Numbered from the stretch's first letter, positions 21,801 through 30,948 are shown. The stretch: 64,000 nt of DNA from a virus (IMGVR_UViG_3300032038_000027:32001-96000); one strand, 5' to 3'. The notes: a model not told the origin generated them from the letters alone. Numbers and translations are program-made.

Positions 21801-24800
21801 ATGTTGTGTTGAGGTAATGAACAACCTTAATGACCTTTGCCGTATGGTTACGGATGATATGACTAATCTTGACTGGTCTGGTAAAGTCGATGGAAAAGAT
21901 CATTCATTTGAAATGCGTTATCCTGATACTTCAAATCCGTCACAGTCTATTAAGACAGCATGGCAGAGATTCGTTACATGGATGGCAACTAACAATCCGA
22001 ACGCTGCTACAGATCAGCTTCTGTCTACTCCCGAAACTTATGGTGAGTATACGTTTAGAGGTCATGATGGCGATGGAGATCAGGTTCTAAAAGGAACTAA
22101 AGTTACGCAATATGCGGGTACATACACACACGATACATTTAATCGTCGTGTTGCTAAAATGCTATCTGAATGTGAAGATTATCTCATAATGGATTCTGTT
22201 ATCTATCATTTTGTTTATATTGAAAGACATACGATGGTGGATAATGTTTCTAAAAATACTTTCTGGTCTACCCGTGATGGTATTCATTGGGATTTATCTA
22301 AAGCATATGATATGGACACATCCGACGGTAACAATAATGAAGGCAAAATGACGTTTGATTACGGCTATGAAGCTAATGATAAAGTTATTGTTGACGATAG
22401 CGGTTCGACATCTACTAAAGATGTATTTAATGCAAAGGATGCCGTATGGTTTGTATTCTCTAATGCTCTATTAGAGGCTTGCGAAACAATGTTTGTTGAT
22501 CGTGAAAAAGAAGGATGTTGGTCTGCATCCGCATATCATGAATTTTTCTTAGCGGAGCAAAGAAAAGTCCCTGAGAGAATTTGGGTTGAATGTTATTGGT
22601 ACGATTATTTAAGAACCTTAGAAGATGGTATCAACGATAGTTGGATTGAGTTCCTTGACGGTGGTACTAAAGCACATCAAAGATGGCATTATGAGTTCTT
22701 TGAAGAAATTTATGATAGCTCAAAATATCGCGGTAATAATGCGACAGCTAATAATATTAACTTCCGTGGTTATCATCCAGAAAAATGGGATGGTATTTCA
22801 GATGAAACATGGGCACAAATTTCGCCACTACATCAAATTCCCATTAAAATGTTTAATAAATGTTATGTCAATGTATCTGTTGATGGTAACTTGTATAGAC
22901 AAAAAGTGGAAAAGGGACAAACATATGTTGTTGACTTTAGCGCACAGTCTAAACTGAACGATACTGTCATTAATATTTATTCTGCACAGATGATTCAAGA
23001 AATCGGCAACTTATCTCGTCTTTATCCGGGTACGCTGAATCTTTCTAACGCAAAGAGATTACGTTCTTTGACCGTAGGTTCGGCTGTTGAAGGATATAGA
23101 AATATGAACCTTAGTGCATTAACTCTTGGTCAAAACACAATGCTTGAATATCTGTATGTTCAGAATTTAGGCTATGTTGATGGCGGTCTTGATTTGAGTT
23201 CTTGCCCATCATTGATTTATTTGGATGCAAGTGGTTCTACATTTACTGCGTATACTTTCGCAAATGCGGGATTATTACAAACTGCTATTATTGAAAAGCC
23301 AACGGCTTTAGTAATGAGAAACCTGTTATATATTGATGATAATCATCTATCTATCAATGATAACAGTTTATTTGATACAATTATTATCGAGAATTGTCCG
23401 CAACTCGATACCGAGGCGATTACCGATGCGGCAAAATCTTCACTAACAAAAGTTCGTCTGTTAGGTATTGATTGGGATATGCTTGATACAACTTTACTTA
23501 ACGCACTTTTGACAAAACAGGGTGTTGGCGATGATGGTAGCTTTACTCCTGTTTCTGTATTAACTGGTTCTGTGCATTTTGATACATTAACTGAGCGTGA
23601 TCTTAATATGTTCCGTAGGGCATGGAGTCCAGAGGCTTTATCTATTACTGCGGATAACTTAATTGAACAATGTGCTTTAACATTTTTAAATTATGATGAA
23701 TCATCGATTTATGGCAAAGATGGCGATGAATATGTTCAATGGGTTGATAAAGGACAGAGAGCGTATGACCCATTAGAAGCTGACCCTGCGGAAATCAATA
23801 CGCCTGTTAAGCCAAGCTCTGAAATGTACGATTATACATTTTCACATTGGGCGATTTATCAAGATGGTGTAATTAGCGATACACCTTATGATTTCTCAAA
23901 TGTTGTTCTCACTCCTATTACTTTAATTGCCGTATATACTCAATCTCTCCGTACTTTCACTGTTAATTGGTATACCGCGCCTGTTAATAATGGTATGATT
24001 AGAGGAAGTTGGGATTCAGAGAATAATAAAGCAAATCGTACTCTAATTCATTCTGAAACTGGTATTTCATATGGCGAAGAAGCTGTTTTAGATAATTTCA
24101 AAAAGCTGAGTGTTAAAGATATATCATCTGGAAGCACTCAATATGTTGAATGTTACAATTTTGAAAATTGGAACAGATCAACGGGCAATATCACAGAAGA
24201 TATTGATGTATATGCTGTTTGGGATTATGCAAAGGTATTCAAAGATGTTGACGATAATCTAATCTTAAAAGATAGTTTGGGAGCGAATAAGAATTTAAAG
24301 GATATGTCAACAGCCGAAATCGCTATTGTTATGGCAAAAGGCGAAACTCGTAATTTCTTTGAAAACAAAGACTATTTTGATTTTGTTATGGGGCACGATT
24401 ATGACTTTAAGAATGTTGACTCAGATACATTAGTTGATATTGACAACTATTTATATGTAGATGGTCTTGAAGGCATTATTCCTGTCGATAAGAACGGAAA
24501 TCAGATTAAATTATTTGCTGAAGATAGTCCGTCATTTACAATGGCTATTGATATGATGGTTACTAATGACGCACATGATTATTCTCCGCAAAATAAAAAT
24601 ACTCTTTTATCTTGCTTTGAAAACCCTGATAACGGCAATTATGGCGTTGCTTTACGCAGTATGGGTAGTAAAGTTAATGTATTATGGGGCGATAAATCAG
24701 ACGATTTAGGCTATAATACAGCGCGAGATATGATTGTATTAAGACATATTAAAGGTAGTCCAACGTTATATATCTATTCGTTTAATGGTTCTGCTCCTGC

Positions 24801-25899
24801 TGCTGAAAATTATGGTGATACTTTAAAGACAGTTGAATCTGTTCGTACCGCGTTTAATTATACCGATGCTCCTTTAGTATTTGGTAGTATTGCTGAATAC
24901 GATGAAGATTCACAAAGATATATAGCAAGTACAGATGATACTTATTTAGGTGCAGGTATGATTTATTGGTGCAAAATTTGGTATGCTGATTTAGGTGATA
25001 CTGTTGCCAGAAATCTCGCCTCATGGACTCGTGATGAAGATAGACAAGATTATTTTGAGGTTGCACTTGATTCTACTGGTGAATGGTTAGGCAGTCCTTA
25101 TATTATTTCTGGTACTGTCAATAAACGTCCAAACGCTTCATTCTGTTCAAATAACTTAATGAGATATCTACATAGGATGAATAGCGATAATACCAACTCA
25201 GGAGGTTGGGGCGGTAATCAAGCCACTGGTAAATACCAATATTCTATGCACAACTTTATGCAGACACGTTTTTATCCTGCAATTCCCAACAATGTGCGCA
25301 GTTTAATTGTTCAAGTTAAAGTGCCATCAACTATTGGTGGAGCGTCAACTTCTATCGGTAATTATGATAGCTATGTTTATATTCCTTGTTTGCGTGAGGA
25401 AACTGGCGATACCGGAGCGGGATATGCTAATGAGGGTGAACGTATTCCGTGGAATGTTACAAATGCTCGTAGGCTGAAATTCAGAGATATTATCGTATTA
25501 GATACCTCTTTAAACGCTGCGGGTAACGCTGTACATTCAGGCGCTAACGAACCAATCTTCGGGCAAGGTAAAGGCTTCTATGACCCAGATACAAATCCGA
25601 ACGGCGTTCGAGAATTTGATATTTGGCAAAACGGTACTAACACTGGTTATATTTATTTGTCAGCCGAAACATTAAGGAAGAAACAGATCACGCCTACGAC
25701 GAGAATCACACGCGGCGACGAGCTGTTAGGCGGTTGGGTGGCAGCTGTGGTTTGGTGGTTGCGCTCTCCGAATACTGGTAATACCATCAGCTTCTGGAGC
25801 ATCTACACCATTGGCACGACGAACTACAGCGGCGCGAGCTACTTCTACGCGCTTTGCCCCTGTTTCTCTCTTTACGCAGAAATTGACGATTCAGAATAA
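18829..25899 (+). CDS. Giant (~2356 aa) tail/adhesin protein, DGR target with C-terminal CLec-type variable domain
   Basis: RBS gaggtgg before ATG 18829. Ig-like, LamG-like, CotH-like (QGTSS, DN..KN, YDMDT) and LRR-like segments; ends NSGGW...WWLRSP-VR-CPCFSL. Confidence 0.8.
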   Translation: MIIGRIAYAASPSQEDFRVFDTENELLTYLETPSAKAGQSFKLLDTTSTPSKYKTYTIQNDGHGGLTYTASGAGDYVTAIGQDFPEVGDKDLNYYKYNGEKRVYEHYRYDESSEDYIMVGGDTYSQDEIDEMFDNLAYVADVSDTATGIIFTFKDGTTKTIPLSREIVVSDVNPHLDQDNIQDGISIEYTNGDTKFIEIRGGGGGSSTSGSATITRITDASTQCVFSDHTCPISYSFTAVDSSGDVVGDGAATWYVNGIRRATSTAKQGSNTFDVGQYLVAGVNNIKISVVVDTGGESPITVTKTWTVNAINMYVEWNYNEATIHTDDTFSIEWTPYGDLVKTTHIIINEGTPSEIVRTSTTAKSGDPESIELSKLSHGSHMVKLYVTAVVNDNEISTTPMYHDMIFVDDESTTPIIATNFRGTTMTQYNTVRIPIVAYTPNSLTSDVIFSVNGVEVGRWMNCDRTLHNFNYTPTDYGTKTFRVTNGSIYREFTIVVEELDIDNEEIANYKFKLKASDFAGNDNLRAWSQDGVDLTFSDNFDWDNGGIKTEEDSEGNIRQYICVKAGTRMTINHKPFSTDIRTAGQTFKFIFKTVNCRNYDAKIATCFADNVGIEMYAYKATFRSTGTKISVDYSDNEYIEFEYDVYPSNAKGRYMMTWLDGVPSSARVYNASDSFTQGINNQKNIVIGSDDCDVYIYLAKLYNRGLSRDNHIENFIADAPNAQEMLKRYTRNDILDNKIISYQKLYQNNPDCRVWLYDIPYMTTGKKDYVDNCIFNQFWVNGDQYYTLSGVGTMSVQGTSSVDYIRGAANTDINFKVLKDGYDNDLLENGVVEKDLYGNNYYVGDKSTGHVTVFDVDENTKLTADCIPIERDSSGNVTKYIKALGYKVNDDSTPISYSNTKVNFASCEQVNNMLNAAWYQRFQPYKSKTPRDCMEFAMGVQFIKDEGNIPDTESHFILFDNDRYNFYSIANMGTSKKNVHVFHDMSNPNECCVEVMNNLNDLCRMVTDDMTNLDWSGKVDGKDHSFEMRYPDTSNPSQSIKTAWQRFVTWMATNNPNAATDQLLSTPETYGEYTFRGHDGDGDQVLKGTKVTQYAGTYTHDTFNRRVAKMLSECEDYLIMDSVIYHFVYIERHTMVDNVSKNTFWSTRDGIHWDLSKAYDMDTSDGNNNEGKMTFDYGYEANDKVIVDDSGSTSTKDVFNAKDAVWFVFSNALLEACETMFVDREKEGCWSASAYHEFFLAEQRKVPERIWVECYWYDYLRTLEDGINDSWIEFLDGGTKAHQRWHYEFFEEIYDSSKYRGNNATANNINFRGYHPEKWDGISDETWAQISPLHQIPIKMFNKCYVNVSVDGNLYRQKVEKGQTYVVDFSAQSKLNDTVINIYSAQMIQEIGNLSRLYPGTLNLSNAKRLRSLTVGSAVEGYRNMNLSALTLGQNTMLEYLYVQNLGYVDGGLDLSSCPSLIYLDASGSTFTAYTFANAGLLQTAIIEKPTALVMRNLLYIDDNHLSINDNSLFDTIIIENCPQLDTEAITDAAKSSLTKVRLLGIDWDMLDTTLLNALLTKQGVGDDGSFTPVSVLTGSVHFDTLTERDLNMFRRAWSPEALSITADNLIEQCALTFLNYDESSIYGKDGDEYVQWVDKGQRAYDPLEADPAEINTPVKPSSEMYDYTFSHWAIYQDGVISDTPYDFSNVVLTPITLIAVYTQSLRTFTVNWYTAPVNNGMIRGSWDSENNKANRTLIHSETGISYGEEAVLDNFKKLSVKDISSGSTQYVECYNFENWNRSTGNITEDIDVYAVWDYAKVFKDVDDNLILKDSLGANKNLKDMSTAEIAIVMAKGETRNFFENKDYFDFVMGHDYDFKNVDSDTLVDIDNYLYVDGLEGIIPVDKNGNQIKLFAEDSPSFTMAIDMMVTNDAHDYSPQNKNTLLSCFENPDNGNYGVALRSMGSKVNVLWGDKSDDLGYNTARDMIVLRHIKGSPTLYIYSFNGSAPAAENYGDTLKTVESVRTAFNYTDAPLVFGSIAEYDEDSQRYIASTDDTYLGAGMIYWCKIWYADLGDTVARNLASWTRDEDRQDYFEVALDSTGEWLGSPYIISGTVNKRPNASFCSNNLMRYLHRMNSDNTNSGGWGGNQATGKYQYSMHNFMQTRFYPAIPNNVRSLIVQVKVPSTIGGASTSIGNYDSYVYIPCLREETGDTGAGYANEGERIPWNVTNARRLKFRDIIVLDTSLNAAGNAVHSGANEPIFGQGKGFYDPDTNPNGVREFDIWQNGTNTGYIYLSAETLRKKQITPTTRITRGDELLGGWVAAVVWWLRSPNTGNTISFWSIYTIGTTNYSGASYFYALCPCFSLYAEIDDSE
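25745..25868 (+). repeat. DGR variable region (VR)
   Basis: 124-nt ungapped match to 26882-27005; all 12 mismatches are at TR adenines. Confidence 0.97.
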
Positions 25900-25948
25900 A
25901 TATAAATCGTGCGCAAAGCAAAATATATTAGTTATGATTATTTATTTA

Positions 25949-25993
25949 AAGACCTATATCTGGTGGTAACTCGCTTACCACCAAATAGGTCTT
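25949..25993 (+). promoter_or_regulatory. Inverted repeat downstream of VR (DGR target hairpin and/or terminator)
   Basis: aagacctat-atc-tggtggtaa-ctcgc-ttaccacca-a-ataggtctt. Confidence 0.55.
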
Positions 25994-26009
25994 ATTTATT
26001 TAAGGAAAG

Positions 26010-26825
26010 ATGATGATAAAATTGTCCGTATTAAAAGTAAATAGGCATTTATCTCATACTGAATATGAGGAAGCATATTATAGATATTTTCATGATTCAG
26101 AAAGAATATTGAACAAATGTTCTAAAAGACGAGAGAAATATATAGCTCAACCTATTGCGGAATTGAATGTACTTCTGTATGAGGAAATAATGTCTATTAC
26201 AACAAATCTATATGCAAGGTCAAAAGAGAAAAAGAAACAAAAACAAGACAAAATACAAAATTGTTTCAAATATATAAAAGGACTGAATAAAGCTATTATG
26301 GTTTATGCAAATATTAGAGAAATCAGTTTTGATTCACAATGTAGGTGGTGCGAACCTCTCGTTGATATAATGGAATATTTGAATAATAAAGTAGATCATC
26401 CATATCCACATTCTAAGTATAAATTTCGAGTTTTAGATTGGGATAAGATCAAAGATTTCGAGGTATTGAATAATATGTGTGAACTTCATAGGTATTGTCA
26501 TTGTAAAGCCGTAAGAGCTAAAGAAATATTGGACGATAATACAGTTTCTCTATTGATATACTTAATCGACGAATCGTTCTACTTAACGATGATAGCAAAT
26601 TCATATATTCCTCGTACTAAAGCTGAATATGAAGAACGTAAAAAGATGCTCGATGAATCTTTGGCTCTTCTATATCATATTCAAAGACCTATGATTACAC
26701 TTTATAATGTGATGAAATATAGTAATAGGATTCAAACTGAATGGAGCAATCTTTTAACTAAACAAATTAAGTTATTAAATGGTTTGCGAGAATCGGATAA
26801 ATCTCGATTTAGCAAACTATCTTAA
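26010..26825 (+). CDS. avd: DGR accessory variability determinant, double length (probable tandem Avd)
   Basis: Lies between target and TR. SVLK.NR N-terminus and ANSYIP..EYEERK...W..LL..QI.LL.GLRESDK.RF C-terminus typical of Avd; 271 aa. Confidence 0.75.
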   Translation: MMIKLSVLKVNRHLSHTEYEEAYYRYFHDSERILNKCSKRREKYIAQPIAELNVLLYEEIMSITTNLYARSKEKKKQKQDKIQNCFKYIKGLNKAIMVYANIREISFDSQCRWCEPLVDIMEYLNNKVDHPYPHSKYKFRVLDWDKIKDFEVLNNMCELHRYCHCKAVRAKEILDDNTVSLLIYLIDESFYLTMIANSYIPRTKAEYEERKKMLDESLALLYHIQRPMITLYNVMKYSNRIQTEWSNLLTKQIKLLNGLRESDKSRFSKLS

Positions 26826-26834
26826 TATATCATT

Positions 26835-27290
26835 AGGTTAAGGGCTAATTTTATGGTAGGCGCTTTTGCGGGCTGCCTTGTCTGTGGTTTGGTGGTTGCG
26901 CTCTCCGAATACTGGTAATACCAACAACTTCTGGAACATCAACACCAATGGCACGACGAACAACAACAACGCGAACAACTTCTACGCGCTTTGCCCCTGA
27001 TTCTCATTTTATAGTAGCTACGTTATAGGAGTGAAGGAGATATTTTTTAAGATATTATCTAAATTGAGAAGGAGCTTTTAACCTTCTATTTTATTTTTTT
27101 AAAATAGCAAATATACGCACCGATTATGCTTTAATTTTCGGTACGCCATGCTGTATTATGCGGCATGACGGTTCTGTTTCAGGAAAGTTGAAGCTACTTG
27201 CATGGTAGTGGGGATTGCGGCAACCACTATTTCATACTTGCCTGAGAAAGCTGTAACTCGCAATCAAATATTAAGCCCGACAGAAGTATT
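26835..27290 (+). ncRNA. Structured DGR RNA (leader + TR + spacer)
   Basis: 26835-26846 pairs with 27073-27084; nested stems catgctgta/tgcggcatg, tcagg..aagt/actt..cctga, tagtgg/ccacta, ttctgt/acagaa. Confidence 0.6.
26882..27005 (+). repeat. DGR template region (TR)
   Basis: Non-coding copy of VR with 13 AAY codons in the target frame. Confidence 0.97.
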
Positions 27291-27325
27291 TTAAACTAAT
27301 TATATTGAAAAGAGGTGAATAGATT

Positions 27326-28630
27326 ATAAATAATAATGAACGAATACAAAATAGAATAGCTCGTGATAAAATTAGAAGAGCTATTAAAAAAGAATTTAAG
27401 AATAAAGATTTTGATGATTTCTATCAAGTTATTACTATGGAACATTATACTGCGGCTTTATATAAGTGTAAAAAGGGAGTCATGTGGAAAGGTAAACCTC
27501 AAAAATATTGTTTTATGGCTATAACACGGATGGATGAAACGATCAACTCAGTAATTAAAGGTGAGTTGCCATCTCTCAAAAATTATAAAGTAATGATATT
27601 GAGGGAGCGCGGAACTGAAAGAAGTATTGTTGCCATAGTATTTGATGACCGCATCACGCAGAGAACATTAGCGGATTTTGCTTTAGTTCCTGTCGTGTCG
27701 CGGTCTTTAATATATGATAATGGTGCAAGTACAAAAGGCAAAGGAACTGATTTTGCACGCAACAGAATAAATAAGTTTATGCACGATGCTGCCTGTAAAT
27801 ATGGAGATGATTTCTACATATTGAAATTTGATTTCAAAAAATTTTTCGAAAGCATACCACACTCAACTTGTCAAAAGATATATGAGAAATATTTTAATGA
27901 TAAAAGAATAGTGGATTTAATTATGAATATCATAAAATCATATTATAAACCACTAATTATGGAAATCGAGGATGAAAATGAGCGAGAAGAACAGCTACGA
28001 AAATTAGAAAACAATGAATTGTGTGGAATTACATTAGGAAGTCAAATTTCGCAAGTTACTGCTTTAATTGTGCCAAACGCAATAGATCATTATATTAAAG
28101 ATAAATGTGGCATTAAATATTATGTTAGATATATGGATGATGGTATTGTAATTCATCATGACAAAGAGGTTTTAATCAAACTTCTTGATGACTTAAAAAA
28201 GATTGCAGATGAATTAGGATTATCTTTTAATGAGAACAAAACTATGATTGTTAAAGCAAAGAAAGGCTTTGTATTTCTTAAAGTAAAATATAGAGTTGTT
28301 GAAAATAAAGTTGTTAAAACATTATCTCGTTCCGGTATTACTCGCATGAGAAGAAAACTTAAAAAATACGCAATTAAAGTTCAAAATAACGAAATGACAT
28401 TAGATGATGTTTATAATTCAATGCAATCTTGGTTAGATCACGCTAAAATAGCAAATTCTTATCGAACTGTTCAAAATATGTTGAAGCTGTATGATGATCT
28501 ATTTGATGGATATCTAATTACGGATAAATATTTTGAAAAAATAAAACAAAATAAGAAGGAGGGTAATAATCTTGAAATATTACAAAATAATAAGTGGGCA
28601 GCTTTTCGTTGGGATAGCTACGACATCTGA
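27326..28630 (+). CDS. DGR reverse transcriptase (probable ATA/ATT start; first ATG at 27437)
   Basis: DRITQ, KGKG, LKFDFKKFFESI, GITLGSQISQ (the SQ typical of DGR RTs), YVRYMDD. Frame is open from 27323, just after GAGGTG. Confidence 0.93.
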   Translation: MNNNERIQNRIARDKIRRAIKKEFKNKDFDDFYQVITMEHYTAALYKCKKGVMWKGKPQKYCFMAITRMDETINSVIKGELPSLKNYKVMILRERGTERSIVAIVFDDRITQRTLADFALVPVVSRSLIYDNGASTKGKGTDFARNRINKFMHDAACKYGDDFYILKFDFKKFFESIPHSTCQKIYEKYFNDKRIVDLIMNIIKSYYKPLIMEIEDENEREEQLRKLENNELCGITLGSQISQVTALIVPNAIDHYIKDKCGIKYYVRYMDDGIVIHHDKEVLIKLLDDLKKIADELGLSFNENKTMIVKAKKGFVFLKVKYRVVENKVVKTLSRSGITRMRRKLKKYAIKVQNNEMTLDDVYNSMQSWLDHAKIANSYRTVQNMLKLYDDLFDGYLITDKYFEKIKQNKKEGNNLEILQNNKWAAFRWDSYDI

Positions 28631-29330
28631 ATTGCGTAAAATCCAATCAAAACATAATATTCTTGTTGAATGTAAAGAGCGTGAAGCTCAATGTGTTCAA
28701 TGTAATGAATATTACTATCATGCGGGTTGGATGCTGCCAATTCCAGAAAACGTCGGGGCGATTTTCGCGCAAGTAATCGAAATTGACAAGGAAGAATATG
28801 ATTATTTATACGAATTGATTGATGGTGATGAAGATATTCCAGACCCAGAACCGCCAGAGCCAGAACCCGAACCTATTGAACCTGATTCTGATATCACAGT
28901 AGAGTATGCAAGGAAATTAAAAACTGAACAAATGGAAAAATATAAAGATAATATTCTTTATGAAGGAATTGATGTAATTCTGCCGGATGGTACTGCTTCT
29001 CATTTTAGACTTAGAACCGGAGATCAATTATATTTATTTAGATTAGAGTTGATGGCTAATAATGGAGCGGAAAAAATCGCATATCATTCTGATGATGATC
29101 TTTGCAAATATTATACACGAGAGGAAATTCTTTCGATAACAGGGCAGGTATTACCATATATCACATATCATGAAACGTATTTTAATAGTTTGAAATACTA
29201 TATCAATCATTATTTAGATACTGTTGCAGATATTGCAAATGTTTATTATGGCATGGATATTCCCGAAGAAAGTCAATCGGAAGTTTGGAATGATATTATT
29301 AATGGTAAGATTAATGCGGATTCTATTTAA
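28572..29330 (+). CDS. Phage tail-associated protein (DUF4376-like C-terminus)
   Basis: TTG after aaggaggg; PE-rich linker; HFRL..GDQ, YHSDDDLCKYYT...YH.TYFNSLK. Confidence 0.5.
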   Translation: MKYYKIISGQLFVGIATTSELRKIQSKHNILVECKEREAQCVQCNEYYYHAGWMLPIPENVGAIFAQVIEIDKEEYDYLYELIDGDEDIPDPEPPEPEPEPIEPDSDITVEYARKLKTEQMEKYKDNILYEGIDVILPDGTASHFRLRTGDQLYLFRLELMANNGAEKIAYHSDDDLCKYYTREEILSITGQVLPYITYHETYFNSLKYYINHYLDTVADIANVYYGMDIPEESQSEVWNDIINGKINADSI

Positions 29331-29730
29331 ATATATTATATTGTTATCAGTAGGTGGGTTATTATATTGTGGCTGCGAAATATTATGGCGTGGCTATACC
29401 CATTGGACTATGTTTTTTGTAGGTGGCATTTGTTTCATATTTTGTGGTAGTTTAAATGAAATATTTGATAAAAATATGCCATTATGGAAACAGATGGCAA
29501 TTTGTTCCTTTGGGATAACGTTAATAGAGTTCATATCTGGTTTTATTCTTAATATCATCATGCAATTACATATATGGGATTATAGTAATATGCCATTAAA
29601 TGTTTTAGGACAAGTCTGTTTACCATTTATGATATTATGGTTTATTCTATCTTTAGTGGCGATTGTCGTTGATGATTGGATAAGGTATTTATGGTTTGGT
29701 GAAGAAAAACCACATTACAAATTATGGTGA
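29314..29730 (+). CDS. Small membrane protein (putative ABC-permease/DUF1113-like)
   Basis: GG..Y...E.LWRG.THWTMF, EF..G...N...WDYS..P.N..GQVCL; four TMs. Confidence 0.7.
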   Translation: MRILFKYIILLSVGGLLYCGCEILWRGYTHWTMFFVGGICFIFCGSLNEIFDKNMPLWKQMAICSFGITLIEFISGFILNIIMQLHIWDYSNMPLNVLGQVCLPFMILWFILSLVAIVVDDWIRYLWFGEEKPHYKLW

Positions 29731-29750
29731 TCTTAAATTTAGTCAATAAT

Positions 29751-29788
29751 AAAAATAGGGCTACAAGAAATTGTAGCCCTTAATTTTT
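29751..29788. terminator. Bidirectional terminator between the convergent late and integrase transcripts
   Basis: aaaaat-agggctacaa-gaaa-ttgtagccct-taattttt. Confidence 0.8.
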
Positions 29789-29793
29789 GCGCT

Positions 29794-30948
29794 TTATAAA
29801 TTGTTTTTCAATGAATCTACCGCCAAATATCCCTCGGCTTCAGCAAAATGAATGTAAGTATCGAGCGTGATCTGCACGCTTGCATGACCGAGTAGAGTAG
29901 AGATTGTTTTAATATCTGTATGATTTCTAAATAGCATATTGGCAAAAGTGTGCCTCAAAGAATGTGTTGAACCTTTATTTATATTTGTATTTTGAATTAT
30001 TCTGCGGAAGGTTCTATCATATTGTTGCGGCGCAAGAACACCGCCATCTTTCGCACATACTATTCTTTCAGACAGCGGAAATTTATCGCACATTCTTTGT
30101 AATGCTTTTTCAGCCATTTCATTTAGCGGAATTTTTCTATAGCCGGAATATGTTTTGGTAGTTGTAGATATTGTTTCATATCCTATGGCATTTCCATTAT
30201 CATCACGTTTTCTAACTGTCTGCACATTTTCTCTGATAGTCAAAACATGATTTTCTTTATTCCAATCCGATTTTTTGAGAGCTACAATCTCACCTCTTCT
30301 CGCCCCGGTATTAAGCTGCAAGATATAAGCATCACCATATAAATATACTGGCGTTTCTGAATTTGGATATAATCTTCTACATTCTTCAACTATAAGTCTT
30401 GATTCCTTATCGGTAAACCACACCATGTCTTTTTTTGGAAAACTGGATTTTTTCGCAAGAACAACTCCATCCATCGGATTATATTCAATGTGTTTCATTT
30501 TAAAAGCGTGAGAAAGAATCATTTTTGCGCCATCACGAGCTTTTTTCACAGTAGAGTATGACAATCCTTGCTTCTTTAATGTGTTTAGCATGATCTGTAT
30601 ATCTTTTGTTGTAATTTCAGAAATACGAATCATTCCGATATGAGGATAAATTTGATTTTTAAATGTTTTTTCAAGAGTATCATATGTGGATGCTTTAACG
30701 GTGTTTAATTTATATGTTACGAGCCATTCCTTTGCATATGTTTCGAATGATGTGGTTATAGGGTTGATATGAGTTTCGACATTGAATTGATTGATCTGCT
30801 TTTGTACTTCCATTTTTGTCTTGCCTGAAAAATAAGCCATTTCTGGTTTACCATTAGATTTGTATCTGCCCGTTCTTATTCTGCCGTAATATTTATCACC
30901 TCTTTTGTAAATACTTCCTGTTCCTTTTGGTCGTCGTGTTTGAGCCAT
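29794..30948 (-). CDS. int: Tyrosine integrase
   Basis: RRPKGTGSIY arm-binding N-terminus; TGARRGE, KT..GYR, HSLRHT, LLGH, TY.H catalytic residues. Confidence 0.95.
   Translation of the reverse strand: MAQTRRPKGTGSIYKRGDKYYGRIRTGRYKSNGKPEMAYFSGKTKMEVQKQINQFNVETHINPITTSFETYAKEWLVTYKLNTVKASTYDTLEKTFKNQIYPHIGMIRISEITTKDIQIMLNTLKKQGLSYSTVKKARDGAKMILSHAFKMKHIEYNPMDGVVLAKKSSFPKKDMVWFTDKESRLIVEECRRLYPNSETPVYLYGDAYILQLNTGARRGEIVALKKSDWNKENHVLTIRENVQTVRKRDDNGNAIGYETISTTTKTYSGYRKIPLNEMAEKALQRMCDKFPLSERIVCAKDGGVLAPQQYDRTFRRIIQNTNINKGSTHSLRHTFANMLFRNHTDIKTISTLLGHASVQITLDTYIHFAEAEGYLAVDSLKNNL

Noticed and set aside
27326-28630. RT as a group II intron, retron or Abi RT
   Set aside because: The TR/VR pair, Avd and the GSQISQ motif identify a DGR; no maturase or domain V was seen.
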